Shown here: positions 47,417 to 56,613 of the stretch, one piece after another
How positions within the stretch are numbered: position 1 is the stretch's first letter
Layout of the letters: every line of letters starts with the position of its first letter
Assembly: GCA_045611765.1 (NCBI GenBank)
Contig: JAZKXT010000004.1
Span: 68,883 to 132,882, forward strand
DNA length: 64,000 nt
Direction of reading: 5' to 3'
Source: Clostridia bacterium
GTDB lineage: Bacteria; Bacillota; Clostridia; TANB77; CAG-465
The notes under the pieces: model-generated
What the model was told of the DNA's origin: nothing
Databases searched by the model: none
The model's input: only the letters and a program-made list of their open reading frames with translations
Position numbers and translations under genes: made by a program

Positions 47417-47863
47417 TTATATAGCTTTTTTGAAATATAAGCCTATAACATTTCCATTCGTATCAAGAATAACAGCAGAAGTATACCTTTCACTCTTAAT
47501 AGCAGCTAGAGCATCGGTTAAATTAGGTGTGGCTGCATTCTTAGTAGAAGAAACAAGACCACCTGCTTTTGGACTACCTGTTACTGTTAGTGCATATTTA
47601 CCATAGTTGGTACTATCTATAAGAATTCCCATGCTTTTTATGTATTTTCTAACAGCTGTTCCTACAGAAGTTGCGCTTAATGTTTTTCCGTCATATACAT
47701 TGTATAATTCGTTTTTTAAATCTCCTGTTATGCCAGAAATTTGTCCACCAGCTTCATCCATCATTCCAGTACCTAAGTTTACTATTAATAGTACTGCAGA
47801 TATGATTATGATTGTAATGAAAAGTCCAACACCAATCATAATCGCTTTTTCTGTATTATCCAT
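47417..47863 (-). CDS. candidate major filament subunit (148 aa) with archaeal/Tad-type class-III-like N-terminus
   Basis: MDNTEKAIMIGVGLFITIIIISAVLLIV. Strongest RBS in the operon (AAAGGAGGT). Preceded by a 110-bp gap and followed by a hairpin, the usual arrangement for a highly expressed major pilin. Confidence 0.45.
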   Translation of the reverse strand: MDNTEKAIMIGVGLFITIIIISAVLLIVNLGTGMMDEAGGQISGITGDLKNELYNVYDGKTLSATSVGTAVRKYIKSMGILIDSTNYGKYALTVTGSPKAGGLVSSTKNAATPNLTDALAAIKSERYTSAVILDTNGNVIGLYFKKAI

Positions 47864-47972
47864 ATTTATTTACCTCCTTTATAGATAATATATTATAATA
47901 TATTGTTACTCACTTTTTAAGTGATATAACCTTTATATATGTTAAACGCCTATTTGGCGATATAACCAATTT

Positions 47973-50069
47973 TTACATGTTCAATACTGACATTTGTGAT
48001 ACGAGTTGCATTATGCTCACAAGTAGTAATGGACCAACAAAGTATGCCGCTACCAATATTATTAAAGGAGTAAATCCAATTGCATTTCCCATAGTAGATT
48101 TTTTGTTTATTATTCTTTCGTTTGTTTCTTTCCTTTTTTCATATTGGAAACTTCTCTCTGTTTCTAGTTCATCAAAGGCTTCTCTTATTGGTATTCTTTC
48201 TACCGCCGAAATTAACGCTTCTACTATACGCTGGAAGTCTTTTTGTGGAACTGAATCCTTTAAGTCCTCTAAAGCTTCAATTGCACCTGCTTCATAGTTG
48301 TTTAAAGCTGTAGAAATCGGCTCTTTATATGCGTATGAATATCTTTCAAGCCATTCTAATACCGTTTGTACATCAACTCTTTCAATATACATAAGCATTA
48401 GTATTATTGACCTAAACTGCATTATTTCGTCTTCTCTTTCCAAAGCCCTTATTTTATTTTTAATAATTAAAACAATATTTGGTATGAAATATACTCCCCA
48501 TGCAACGAGCAGCGCTATTATCATTTCCCAAAATTTCATGAAATTATCTTTGACGCCTTCTATTTTCCCAAGAACTCTTTCAACATCACTATCCAAAACC
48601 TTTTGTTCCTCTTCAGCTCCCGATGCGCCCATTTGTTTTTCTAGTTCATATCTTACATCTTCTTCTGTAACATTTTTTTCGTTCTTTAGCTTGTCTACAA
48701 TTTCCTTGTCGCTTTTATTTAACGCTTCTGCCGCTTGTCTGTCTTCGTCAGATAGGGCTCCAAGGCTTAAGAATTCTTCGCTAATTTCATTATATATACT
48801 ATTTAAATCTATCGCATGTATATTTATTAACAAAACAAACATGGCTACAAAAGCTATAATCGCATACGTAAACTTATTAATGTAGAACCACTGCAGAGTT
48901 AAATATGAGTTTGTCGACTTAATTCTTTCAGTAAGTCTTTTATGTTTCCTCGTATGCTCGCTTGGCATGAAACCTCTTATTACAAATTTAACAAGTGGAA
49001 ATTTGTAAAGCTTATCTTGCCATTTTTCAGTTACAATTCTATCGAATTTTATTTCGTTAGAATCTTCTCTTATTAGTTTTAAGGCAAAGTATGCTACAAA
49101 TATTGATACCATTATTAGTGTACGGATTACAAATCCAATACTGCTTGAATAGAAATTTATAAGTGCTGGGAAGTTTGTTGATGCCCAGTTTTCTACAATT
49201 TGTAGGAAGAATATTGGTGCTATAGCTATTGCTGTCAAACTTCTAAATTTATAATTTATTTTGTCTTTTTTTAGTAGCTCCAAATATACATCGTTTAGTA
49301 TATTGTTTAAGTTTTTTAAGTATACTGACACTCCCTCTACTTTTCTATCTCCAAGTTCCATTGTAAGATAGGATACACCAGCAAAAAGTTTTAAAAATTT
49401 ATTTGGTGCCGTATCATAATATTTCTCAAGCATTACGTCAGGATTATCTGATGTTATAGCATCTCTAATTCTTCTTATTTGAGGCATTATTTCTTTGTCC
49501 TCAAGCTCTTCTATAGCATCATTAAATGCTTCTTCTATCATACCATGCTCATGGAATGAGTGTCTTATTTCTGTAAAAACTTCCGGTAATTGTGTCATTA
49601 TCTTATCTGCTACTTTATTAACCCTAGAGTTAACCATAACATCATTTATTATGAACACCATAAGTATTACAACAATTGCCGTATATAAATCCGAAACTAC
49701 ATTTAAGAAGACAAACAGCGCTGCAAATATAAATAATAAAGATAGTAACATTATCGAGCCTGTTTTTCTTCTTATTTCATACTCGGTATAATCATTTACC
49801 ATTTCTAGTTTAAGTCTTGTCTTTCTAGTATAGTATTTTATAACTGGTAGTTTTACCAATATTAAATATGCTACTTGAAATACTCTATCCAAAATATCCT
49901 TAATACTTGTTTTATTCTTTACAACTATTTGATCTTTTTGAAATAGCTTTGAATTACTTGCATATTTTTTCTTTGTTACATTATAGTATATTATAACAGC
50001 AAGTAAGCCTAAAAAGGCAATTCCAACCATGCCAATTATAATATACAGAGTTCCATTACCCGCTGCCAT
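47973..50069 (-). CDS. GspF/TadB/TadC-family inner-membrane platform protein, apparently two fused T2SSF-like modules (698 aa)
   Basis: Two repeats of a TM helix, cytoplasmic helical domain, then TM helices. Adjacent to the secretion ATPase. Confidence 0.5.
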   Translation of the reverse strand: MAAGNGTLYIIIGMVGIAFLGLLAVIIYYNVTKKKYASNSKLFQKDQIVVKNKTSIKDILDRVFQVAYLILVKLPVIKYYTRKTRLKLEMVNDYTEYEIRRKTGSIMLLSLLFIFAALFVFLNVVSDLYTAIVVILMVFIINDVMVNSRVNKVADKIMTQLPEVFTEIRHSFHEHGMIEEAFNDAIEELEDKEIMPQIRRIRDAITSDNPDVMLEKYYDTAPNKFLKLFAGVSYLTMELGDRKVEGVSVYLKNLNNILNDVYLELLKKDKINYKFRSLTAIAIAPIFFLQIVENWASTNFPALINFYSSSIGFVIRTLIMVSIFVAYFALKLIREDSNEIKFDRIVTEKWQDKLYKFPLVKFVIRGFMPSEHTRKHKRLTERIKSTNSYLTLQWFYINKFTYAIIAFVAMFVLLINIHAIDLNSIYNEISEEFLSLGALSDEDRQAAEALNKSDKEIVDKLKNEKNVTEEDVRYELEKQMGASGAEEEQKVLDSDVERVLGKIEGVKDNFMKFWEMIIALLVAWGVYFIPNIVLIIKNKIRALEREDEIMQFRSIILMLMYIERVDVQTVLEWLERYSYAYKEPISTALNNYEAGAIEALEDLKDSVPQKDFQRIVEALISAVERIPIREAFDELETERSFQYEKRKETNERIINKKSTMGNAIGFTPLIILVAAYFVGPLLLVSIMQLVSQMSVLNM

Positions 50070-50078
50070 ACTCTATAC

Positions 50079-51971
50079 TCACCCCCATGCTGTGTCTAAG
50101 AATTTATCAAATGCTTTGATATCTTCATCAGACATGTTTTCACGCATAGCTTGTACATTTGCTTCTGACAGTTGATGTACAAATATATATTCGCCATCTT
50201 TAAATTCTACTATGTTGTGATAATCATAGTTCGAAGTTTGAGTCATATGCCTAAAGTATTCAGTAGCGTTATCCATGAATGCTTCCCATTTGCCTTCCAT
50301 ATTTTTAGCTCTTTTGTATCCATCGTGATAGTTAAACTCTTTCTCTTTTGGAACACACTCTGTTATTCTCTCTATATATCTTGTTCCGTCAACACCTCTT
50401 TTTAGGTGAACGTCAAAGTTTATAACGTTAACAACCTGTACTTCTGCAACATCTTCATTGTTAAACATACCTATTTTTAAAAGTGAGTTTCTTAGTGCAG
50501 TTATAAGGTTAGGGAATGTTTTAGCGTGGTGCGTAAATAATGTGAATTTAGAAGCAACCTGCGCCATTTGTATCATCCATGCAGCAACCGGGTCAGTTGC
50601 AACCTCTCCTAGGATATTAACACCACCATCTGTTTTCTTTTGAACATCTAGACCCATTTGTCCAGTGATTGTGTCTGTCTCTCTTAAAGACAAGATATTG
50701 TTTCTAGGATATATTTTTCTTAAGTGAAGTTCGAATGCTGTTTCCTGAACACGCATCGTTATTGTTGGGTAAAGGTATTTCATTATAGCCATAAGAAGTG
50801 TTGTTTTACCACAACCTTGTTCACCCGTTATTGCTGTAACACGAGCACCTCTAATTAAGTATTTAAGTAACTCTATTACTGGTTCTTTGTTTTTATGTAC
50901 TAATAATTGTTCTGTGTCTATCAAAGTTGGTGGAGCAAACTTTCTTACGAAGAACGCCCACGACTCTGCAAAGTTAGGTCTTAATACAACTATTCTGGAA
51001 CCATCTTTCATTTCGTTGATTTTGAAACCAACTGATTCAGATAATTGTCCTGGATTATTGTATTTGTATATGTTTTGACATACACGTCTAAGCTCTGCTT
51101 CGCTGCCGAATGATAAGAAAGATAAATACATTGATTTACCTTTATAGAAAATCCATACTGAGTCGTATGACATTGGTATATTGAATTTTCCTGTTTGATC
51201 TAGGTAATCCTCCATGTCACCAACTTGGTCTAAGAAGCTAGGTGGTATACCTGAAACTCCTCCTGAAACACCGTCTATATTTTGGTCACGTATATCATCT
51301 ATTACGCTAAATCCTTTATATCCTTGATAAATTCTTTGAACAACTATTTCTAATTTGTCTTCAAAATCTATTGGTGTTCCTTCAACTTCTTCTTCATAAA
51401 TATGATTTATTTCTTCAGCAGTTATTACATATGATGGAACTTTTGCGTCATATTCGAATTTTGGTTCGTCTAGTCTGTATTTGCTTATCATATGGTTTAA
51501 TGCATTAGATTTATATTTTTTCTTATACAAATGAAGTAATATGTCGAATTGGTCTTGCGCTGTCATTTTTTCTTTGCTATCGAAAGGTATTGCGAAATTT
51601 AGGTTTCTATCTGTTACCTTATATTGGTTTTTTAGTAAGTCAAACATTAATGATTTAACATACTTCTTGTCGTTAGCAGATGCATAACCCGCACCTTTTA
51701 AAGCTTTTTTCAAATCGTACTTTGTATTCTTTCTTCTTTCGAATTCATCTTCAGAAAGAGCAAGATCGTATAAGTTCATTCTAGTTATTTCGTCGAATTC
51801 GTGTTTTATAAAATCAGACATTCCTTTTATGCTGTATTTTTGTCTTTCACGTTCAACTTCATCCTCAATTCTTGTGTCTTTTTTAGAGGTTGCTGCATAA
51901 TATATACCTGCAACAACTAGAGCGAACATAACTATTATTAATATTGTGTTAAATATAAATGAAAGTGACAA
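50079..51971 (-). CDS. VirB11/CpaF(TadA)-family secretion ATPase with an N-terminal TM helix and about 250-aa N-terminal extension (630 aa)
   Basis: Walker A GEQGCGKTT in the expected position for the CpaF/VirB11 P-loop; N-terminal MSLSFIFNTILIIVMFALVVAGIYYA. Confidence 0.6.
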   Translation of the reverse strand: MSLSFIFNTILIIVMFALVVAGIYYAATSKKDTRIEDEVERERQKYSIKGMSDFIKHEFDEITRMNLYDLALSEDEFERRKNTKYDLKKALKGAGYASANDKKYVKSLMFDLLKNQYKVTDRNLNFAIPFDSKEKMTAQDQFDILLHLYKKKYKSNALNHMISKYRLDEPKFEYDAKVPSYVITAEEINHIYEEEVEGTPIDFEDKLEIVVQRIYQGYKGFSVIDDIRDQNIDGVSGGVSGIPPSFLDQVGDMEDYLDQTGKFNIPMSYDSVWIFYKGKSMYLSFLSFGSEAELRRVCQNIYKYNNPGQLSESVGFKINEMKDGSRIVVLRPNFAESWAFFVRKFAPPTLIDTEQLLVHKNKEPVIELLKYLIRGARVTAITGEQGCGKTTLLMAIMKYLYPTITMRVQETAFELHLRKIYPRNNILSLRETDTITGQMGLDVQKKTDGGVNILGEVATDPVAAWMIQMAQVASKFTLFTHHAKTFPNLITALRNSLLKIGMFNNEDVAEVQVVNVINFDVHLKRGVDGTRYIERITECVPKEKEFNYHDGYKRAKNMEGKWEAFMDNATEYFRHMTQTSNYDYHNIVEFKDGEYIFVHQLSEANVQAMRENMSDEDIKAFDKFLDTAWG

Positions 51972-52004
51972 AACTCTTTCCTCCTTTTCTTTATATTTTG
52001 TTCT

Positions 52005-52811
52005 CTATATTCTTACGCGGTCTAAAACCGCTTTTGTTATATTTCTTATTTCATGAATAAAATATCCATTATAGTCATTTTTTTCAGCATTTAAGTTTTT
52101 ATAAAAGAAATCAATTACATTTCCATCATTACATGCATCTGTAAACACGTAGTTATGTGGTATGCAATGTATTGGCTCTTTTATTCCATACTTTCTGCGA
52201 ATATTTGGGATATTATATTTAGATTTTTCCTCATAATTACACATTAAAAGCATTTTAGGTTTATTCTTTATAATCTCATTTGAAAGATATTTATCCATTG
52301 CTTCCTCTAAAAAGACTTCTTCTTGATTCATAGTACAAATTACATAGTCTGCCTTTTCCAACTCATCTGTTATATATGATTTTTCAGTACCCTTAGGTAA
52401 ATCTAACCAAACCAAATCATATGTTTCATTTGCTTTATTTACAACCATTCCTAAACTGTTGGTAAGTTGGCTAAATTGTTCTCTACTTGCAACATTTGTA
52501 CCATACATTACATCAAGTCTTTGTTTTAAAACTGGTTTTGCATAGTTTCTTATACTTTCAGGAGTAAGTTTATTACTCTCAACAAGTCTTGCTAAAGCTG
52601 TAATACCAATACTTGAACTATTGAACACATTCTGTGCTTTTAAAGAACTGTAATCTGTAAATGAGCTTTCAATTTTTTTAGCTTGCCAATGTGCGTGTAG
52701 AAGTATATTAGAATAATCTTCTTCAATCGCCATCAAAGTACTAACAGCTACACTTGCATGCGTTTGTCCTATAGAAGTAGCTACCGGGCTCCAAAATACT
52801 ATCTTTGGCAT
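52005..52811 (-). CDS. MinD/ParA-fold protein with degenerate P-loop (TadZ/CpaE-like pseudo-ATPase?)
   Basis: KIVFWSPVATSIGQTHASVAVSTLMA aligns to the deviant Walker A xKGGxGKT[T/S], but with GQT replacing GKT. Confidence 0.4.
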   Translation of the reverse strand: MPKIVFWSPVATSIGQTHASVAVSTLMAIEEDYSNILLHAHWQAKKIESSFTDYSSLKAQNVFNSSSIGITALARLVESNKLTPESIRNYAKPVLKQRLDVMYGTNVASREQFSQLTNSLGMVVNKANETYDLVWLDLPKGTEKSYITDELEKADYVICTMNQEEVFLEEAMDKYLSNEIIKNKPKMLLMCNYEEKSKYNIPNIRRKYGIKEPIHCIPHNYVFTDACNDGNVIDFFYKNLNAEKNDYNGYFIHEIRNITKAVLDRVRI

Positions 52812-53536
52812 TACAATTTCCCCCTTGTATACATTTTTATCATTTTTCTAATTTCCCCCGCTTGTACATCACCTAATATTTCTGACGCCATGTCTGTTAT
52901 AAGCGAAATATATTGTTTTGTGTGTCTGTTCATGTCTATATAACCACTTTGCTCAAATTCTATATCAGCAATTTTATCTTGATCTGTATATGCAAATTCA
53001 TATTCTGTCTCATTCCAATCAACAGGAAGACTTAGTATTTTACTTTCAAAATATTTTTCACTAGCTCTTGTTACATATTGTCTAAATAATACACGCGTAA
53101 GAACCGGCTTCCTTTCTACCGCTTCATATTTTAACATAGTGTTTAATAGTTCTTCATTCTTAGCTATAGATATGTTTAGATATTCTATAAAGAAGAATGT
53201 TTTTGCAAAATTCTCTTGTATAAAGTCCTCATATGATTGTACATTGTCTATGTCTATTAATATAATATCATATGTGTCTGCGTTTGATGTTTTTGTACAT
53301 ATGTATTCTTTTATTGCTTCTATACTTCTAAATCCTAGAGCATAATCCACAGAATCAAAATGTACTAAATATTCTTCTTCCGAATTATTGAAGGCTGGTA
53401 TAGAATATCTTAGACGTTCTTCCGATGTTGCATCAATAACTAAAACAGATTTCCCAGTTATAGTTAATACTTTAGCCAAATTAATTATATATTCGGTTTT
53501 ATTTACATATCCTACCAAACCTATTATCTTTTGCAT
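52811..53536 (-). CDS. MinD/ParA-fold (TadZ/CpaE-like) protein with deviant Walker A VGYVNKTEY
   Basis: IIGLVGYVNKTEYIINLAKVLTITGKSVLVID resembles the MinD N-terminus. Overlaps the downstream paralog by 1 nt. Confidence 0.4.
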   Translation of the reverse strand: MQKIIGLVGYVNKTEYIINLAKVLTITGKSVLVIDATSEERLRYSIPAFNNSEEEYLVHFDSVDYALGFRSIEAIKEYICTKTSNADTYDIILIDIDNVQSYEDFIQENFAKTFFFIEYLNISIAKNEELLNTMLKYEAVERKPVLTRVLFRQYVTRASEKYFESKILSLPVDWNETEYEFAYTDQDKIADIEFEQSGYIDMNRHTKQYISLITDMASEILGDVQAGEIRKMIKMYTRGKL

Positions 53537-53550
53537 TTGTTCCTCCTATT

Positions 53551-54660
53551 TTAATAATCTAAAGCCTCTCCTCTTAAAGCTTGTTGATTGCTAATTGAAT
53601 CTGTAATTCCAGAAACAACGTTATCATAAGCCTCTTCATTGCTTTGTTCAAATGAAGCTATGCTGCTTTCAATATTACGTCTTGCTTCTGCATTAAGTTT
53701 ACCTTTCGCTTGCTCTACTATATATTGATTTTGTCTCATAAATGCCATTACTTGAGAGTTTGGTTGGTAATTAGCTTTCGTTTTGTTATATGATTCAACA
53801 AAGTATCTATATTCAATAGCATATTGTGTTACTATGTCTAATAAACTTTGTCTAGCAGTAGATACTCCCACAGTTTCTTTTTGGCCATTTGCATCAACAT
53901 TTCCAGTTTCTCTGTTTTCTACCATATAAATGTCATCCATGTCATCAAATTTTGCAAGTTCTTTACCAATTTCATCTCTTAAATATAATTGTGCTTGTCT
54001 CACCGCTTCATCTGTAGTATTTAATTTTATTTGCGTTGTAGGGTCAGTATATTTTACCGCATACAATTTTGTTCCCTCTGTTAAATACGAATCTACTATA
54101 GCACTGTTTAACATTAATGTATCTTCTTCTGACATGTCCATCCAAATTGATGTTCCAGATATTTTCGATACTTGTTTTTGTGTAAGTACAATATAGTCAG
54201 CTCCATTTGGATACATTATTCTTATATCTATAAAATCATTTACAACAAGATCTGTAGGTAATAGCACCGCGTTAATTTCTTGTATTCTCATATCTTGAGA
54301 TACTATCTTATCTCCAACCATACTAGAAACAGCAACCGAATTCCTCACTATGTTATATTTTGCCACTTGACCTACAACAGCTCCCGTTGATAAATACGCA
54401 TTATTTGGAACTGTGTTTTTGTGTATAGTTGTTGTAGTAAGCATATCTGCTGTTATAGTTTCTCCTTGAACAACATCTCTAGTAAAGGTTACTACGTCAG
54501 CTGTATATTTTTCCAAGAAGCTTTTACTTGTTCCTTCTTTATATCCTTTTACAATGTTATTAGATATTAGTATTGTAACAAGAACAAATACCAATCCTAT
54601 TCCAAGTCCTATTAAAATTCCATTAATCAATCTCTTCTTTATTTGATTCATTCCTATCAT
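53551..54660 (-). CDS. CpaB/RcpC-like pilus assembly protein (membrane anchor + SAF-type beta domain), first gene of the operon
   Basis: Start at ATG 54660 (GGAGG RBS 9 nt upstream). TM LINGILIGLGIGLVFVLVTILI, then a periplasmic-type domain. Confidence 0.45.
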   Translation of the reverse strand: MIGMNQIKKRLINGILIGLGIGLVFVLVTILISNNIVKGYKEGTSKSFLEKYTADVVTFTRDVVQGETITADMLTTTTIHKNTVPNNAYLSTGAVVGQVAKYNIVRNSVAVSSMVGDKIVSQDMRIQEINAVLLPTDLVVNDFIDIRIMYPNGADYIVLTQKQVSKISGTSIWMDMSEEDTLMLNSAIVDSYLTEGTKLYAVKYTDPTTQIKLNTTDEAVRQAQLYLRDEIGKELAKFDDMDDIYMVENRETGNVDANGQKETVGVSTARQSLLDIVTQYAIEYRYFVESYNKTKANYQPNSQVMAFMRQNQYIVEQAKGKLNAEARRNIESSIASFEQSNEEAYDNVVSGITDSISNQQALRGEALDY

Positions 54661-54688
54661 ATGTATAAACCTCCATAATACTGTCAAA

Positions 54689-54717
54689 ATAATATAACAA
54701 AATGCCTACATAGTCAA
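54689..54717 (-). promoter_or_regulatory. sigma-A-type promoter TTGACT-17-TATTAT for the Tad-like operon, with upstream palindromes TGAGGCCTCA (54732-54741) and TTTACAAAAATGTAAA (54744-54759)
   Basis: Seen directly on the minus strand; about 22-nt leader to the RBS. Confidence 0.45.
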
Positions 54718-54811
54718 CAAGTTTTAGGTATTTGAGGCCTCATTTACAAAAATGTAAAGAACACGTAACATTATTGTAATATTACATGCTCTTTACCGCT
54801 ATAATACGTCA

Positions 54812-56095
54812 TTATATGGTATTTTGTTGTAAAGTTTTTAACCCCTTCACCGTATATGTGTCTACCATGTATATTATATAATCCCATAGATTAGATTTGT
54901 TTGCTTCACTATTTACAATAAGTTTAGCTTCATACATTACTTCTCCATTTGCATTTATATATTCTACTTTTCCTATGCATTCGCCTTTTGTAATCGGCGC
55001 CTGAATGTTTTCGTTATATTTTATTTGTTTTGTATATTCTACATTTTCACCTTTTTTAGTTATTAAATATTCATCTTTTTCTAACGTCACTTGAACTTTA
55101 GAAGCTATATGCTTGTTTATTTGGATTTCATCTATTACTTCTCCCTTTGTTCCTATCTTCTTACTAGCGTATGTAGAAAAACCGTAATTTAACAACGTTG
55201 CGACCTCTTCGTTTCGAATAGCGCTAGTTGGCGCTTTCATAACAACTGCTATTAAAGATAATCCATCACGTTCAGCCGTTGCAGAAAGATTAAATAGTGC
55301 TTGAGATGTAGAACCTGTTTTAAGTCCAGTTATTCCTTGATAACTCTTTAATAACTTATTGGTATTAGACAATTCAAATGTTCCATTTCTTATACTATCC
55401 ATCCAAATAGTAGTATATTTAGTTATATCTGGATGCTTAGTAATTAATTCTTTAGACATTATTGCTATATCTTTAGCAGTTGTGTAGTGTCCATCTTCAT
55501 CTATACCATGTGCATTTAAGAAATGAGTATTTTCCATTCCTAACTCTTTTGCTTTAGCGTTCATCATAGCGACAAAATTCTCATGACTTCCGCCAACTAG
55601 TTCCGCCATAGCAACACTTACATCATTAGCAGAAACTACACAAATACATTTTAGAGCCTCATCTACAGTTAAAGTTTCCCCTTCCTTAAACCAAATTTGC
55701 GAGCCACCCATGCCAGACGCGTTAGCACTACAGGTTACCGTATCCGTATACCTTAAATTTCCGCTGTCTATTTGTTCCATAACAAGCAACAATGTCATAA
55801 TCTTGGTAACAGATGCTGGTAATAATCTTTCATTTTCATTGTTAGCATATATTATCTCTCCAGTAGTCGCTTCCATAAGTATCTGAGAACCAGATTGAAA
55901 TGTAAAAGTTGGATTTGCCGTCGTTTGTATTGATGACTCAGCAGTTTTATACATTTTATTTTGTGTCTCTACCAATTCACTATTACTCTCAACTACAGCA
56001 AAATCCGGCAAAGCATATATGCCGATTGGTGCAATTATGTTAGATAGTGTTATAACTATAACAAACATTGTTAATATCTTTCTGAAATTTTTCAT
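54812..56095 (-). CDS. D-alanyl-D-alanine carboxypeptidase (PBP5/DacB-like serine peptidase S11)
   Basis: SVTKIMT (SxxK), SANDVS (SxN) and KTGST (KTG) motifs. Start at MKNFRK (AAGGAGG RBS), signal peptide. Confidence 0.75.
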   Translation of the reverse strand: MKNFRKILTMFVIVITLSNIIAPIGIYALPDFAVVESNSELVETQNKMYKTAESSIQTTANPTFTFQSGSQILMEATTGEIIYANNENERLLPASVTKIMTLLLVMEQIDSGNLRYTDTVTCSANASGMGGSQIWFKEGETLTVDEALKCICVVSANDVSVAMAELVGGSHENFVAMMNAKAKELGMENTHFLNAHGIDEDGHYTTAKDIAIMSKELITKHPDITKYTTIWMDSIRNGTFELSNTNKLLKSYQGITGLKTGSTSQALFNLSATAERDGLSLIAVVMKAPTSAIRNEEVATLLNYGFSTYASKKIGTKGEVIDEIQINKHIASKVQVTLEKDEYLITKKGENVEYTKQIKYNENIQAPITKGECIGKVEYINANGEVMYEAKLIVNSEANKSNLWDYIIYMVDTYTVKGLKTLQQNTI

Positions 56096-56271
56096 AGTTT
56101 TCCTCCTTAACCTTGTTACAATATATGGGCTAAATGCATGTTTTATGATTATTTTGATGCTACTAAATAAACCCAACGAGGAGCCTTAATATCCCCGCCC
56201 GCCACTCACGGTATACGCATCATTAACTTCCTTATGATATTCGTGTAAAAGGCTTTTTAAGCATAGAAAAT

Positions 56272-56295
56272 GGGTGTCAACTTTCGTTGACACCC
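56272..56295 (-). promoter_or_regulatory. GC-rich hairpin GGGTGTCAAC-gaaa-GTTGACACCC in the dacB 5' leader, within a GC-rich (about 45%) 430-bp islet
   Basis: 10-bp perfect GC-rich stem seen directly, followed on the minus strand by AUUUUCUAUGCUU. Confidence 0.5.
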
Positions 56296-56455
56296 GATGT
56301 TTGAAAATGTATTAACATTTTCACGCGCGTAAATATGCCCGCTGGAAAAGTGTTTCTGTATTCTTTTAAGCCACCATTATACACTCCCGTAACATTTGTA
56401 TATAATAAACAAACATGTAAACTACAAGTATATGTTGGGGCTTATTAGAAAACCT

Positions 56456-56554
56456 TCAGCACTTAATCCAAGAGGTTAAGTTTCCGCGCCAAGTGGCCTG
56501 CTTCTTCTCAGACTTCATCTGAGAGATGACCCGCTTCAAAAAAGCATTCTTCAT
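56456..56554 (-). CDS. tiny ORF (32 aa, MKNAFLKRVISQMKSEKKQATWRGNLTSWIKC) with perfect Shine-Dalgarno
   Basis: AGGAGG 8 nt upstream of ATG. Not in the supplied ORF track (<60 aa). High GC relative to the host. Confidence 0.35.
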   Translation of the reverse strand: MKNAFLKRVISQMKSEKKQATWRGNLTSWIKC

Positions 56555-56613
56555 AACAAAAACCTCCTTTTTAATTATAAAACGGACGATCAACAACGAT
56601 CTTAAATAGGATA

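Noticed and set aside
56176-56613. SRP RNA / 6S RNA / tmRNA in the GC-rich islet
   Set aside because: I could not find the conserved SRP domain IV (GGAAGCAGCC-type), 6S central-bubble or tmRNA tag-reading-frame features on either strand.
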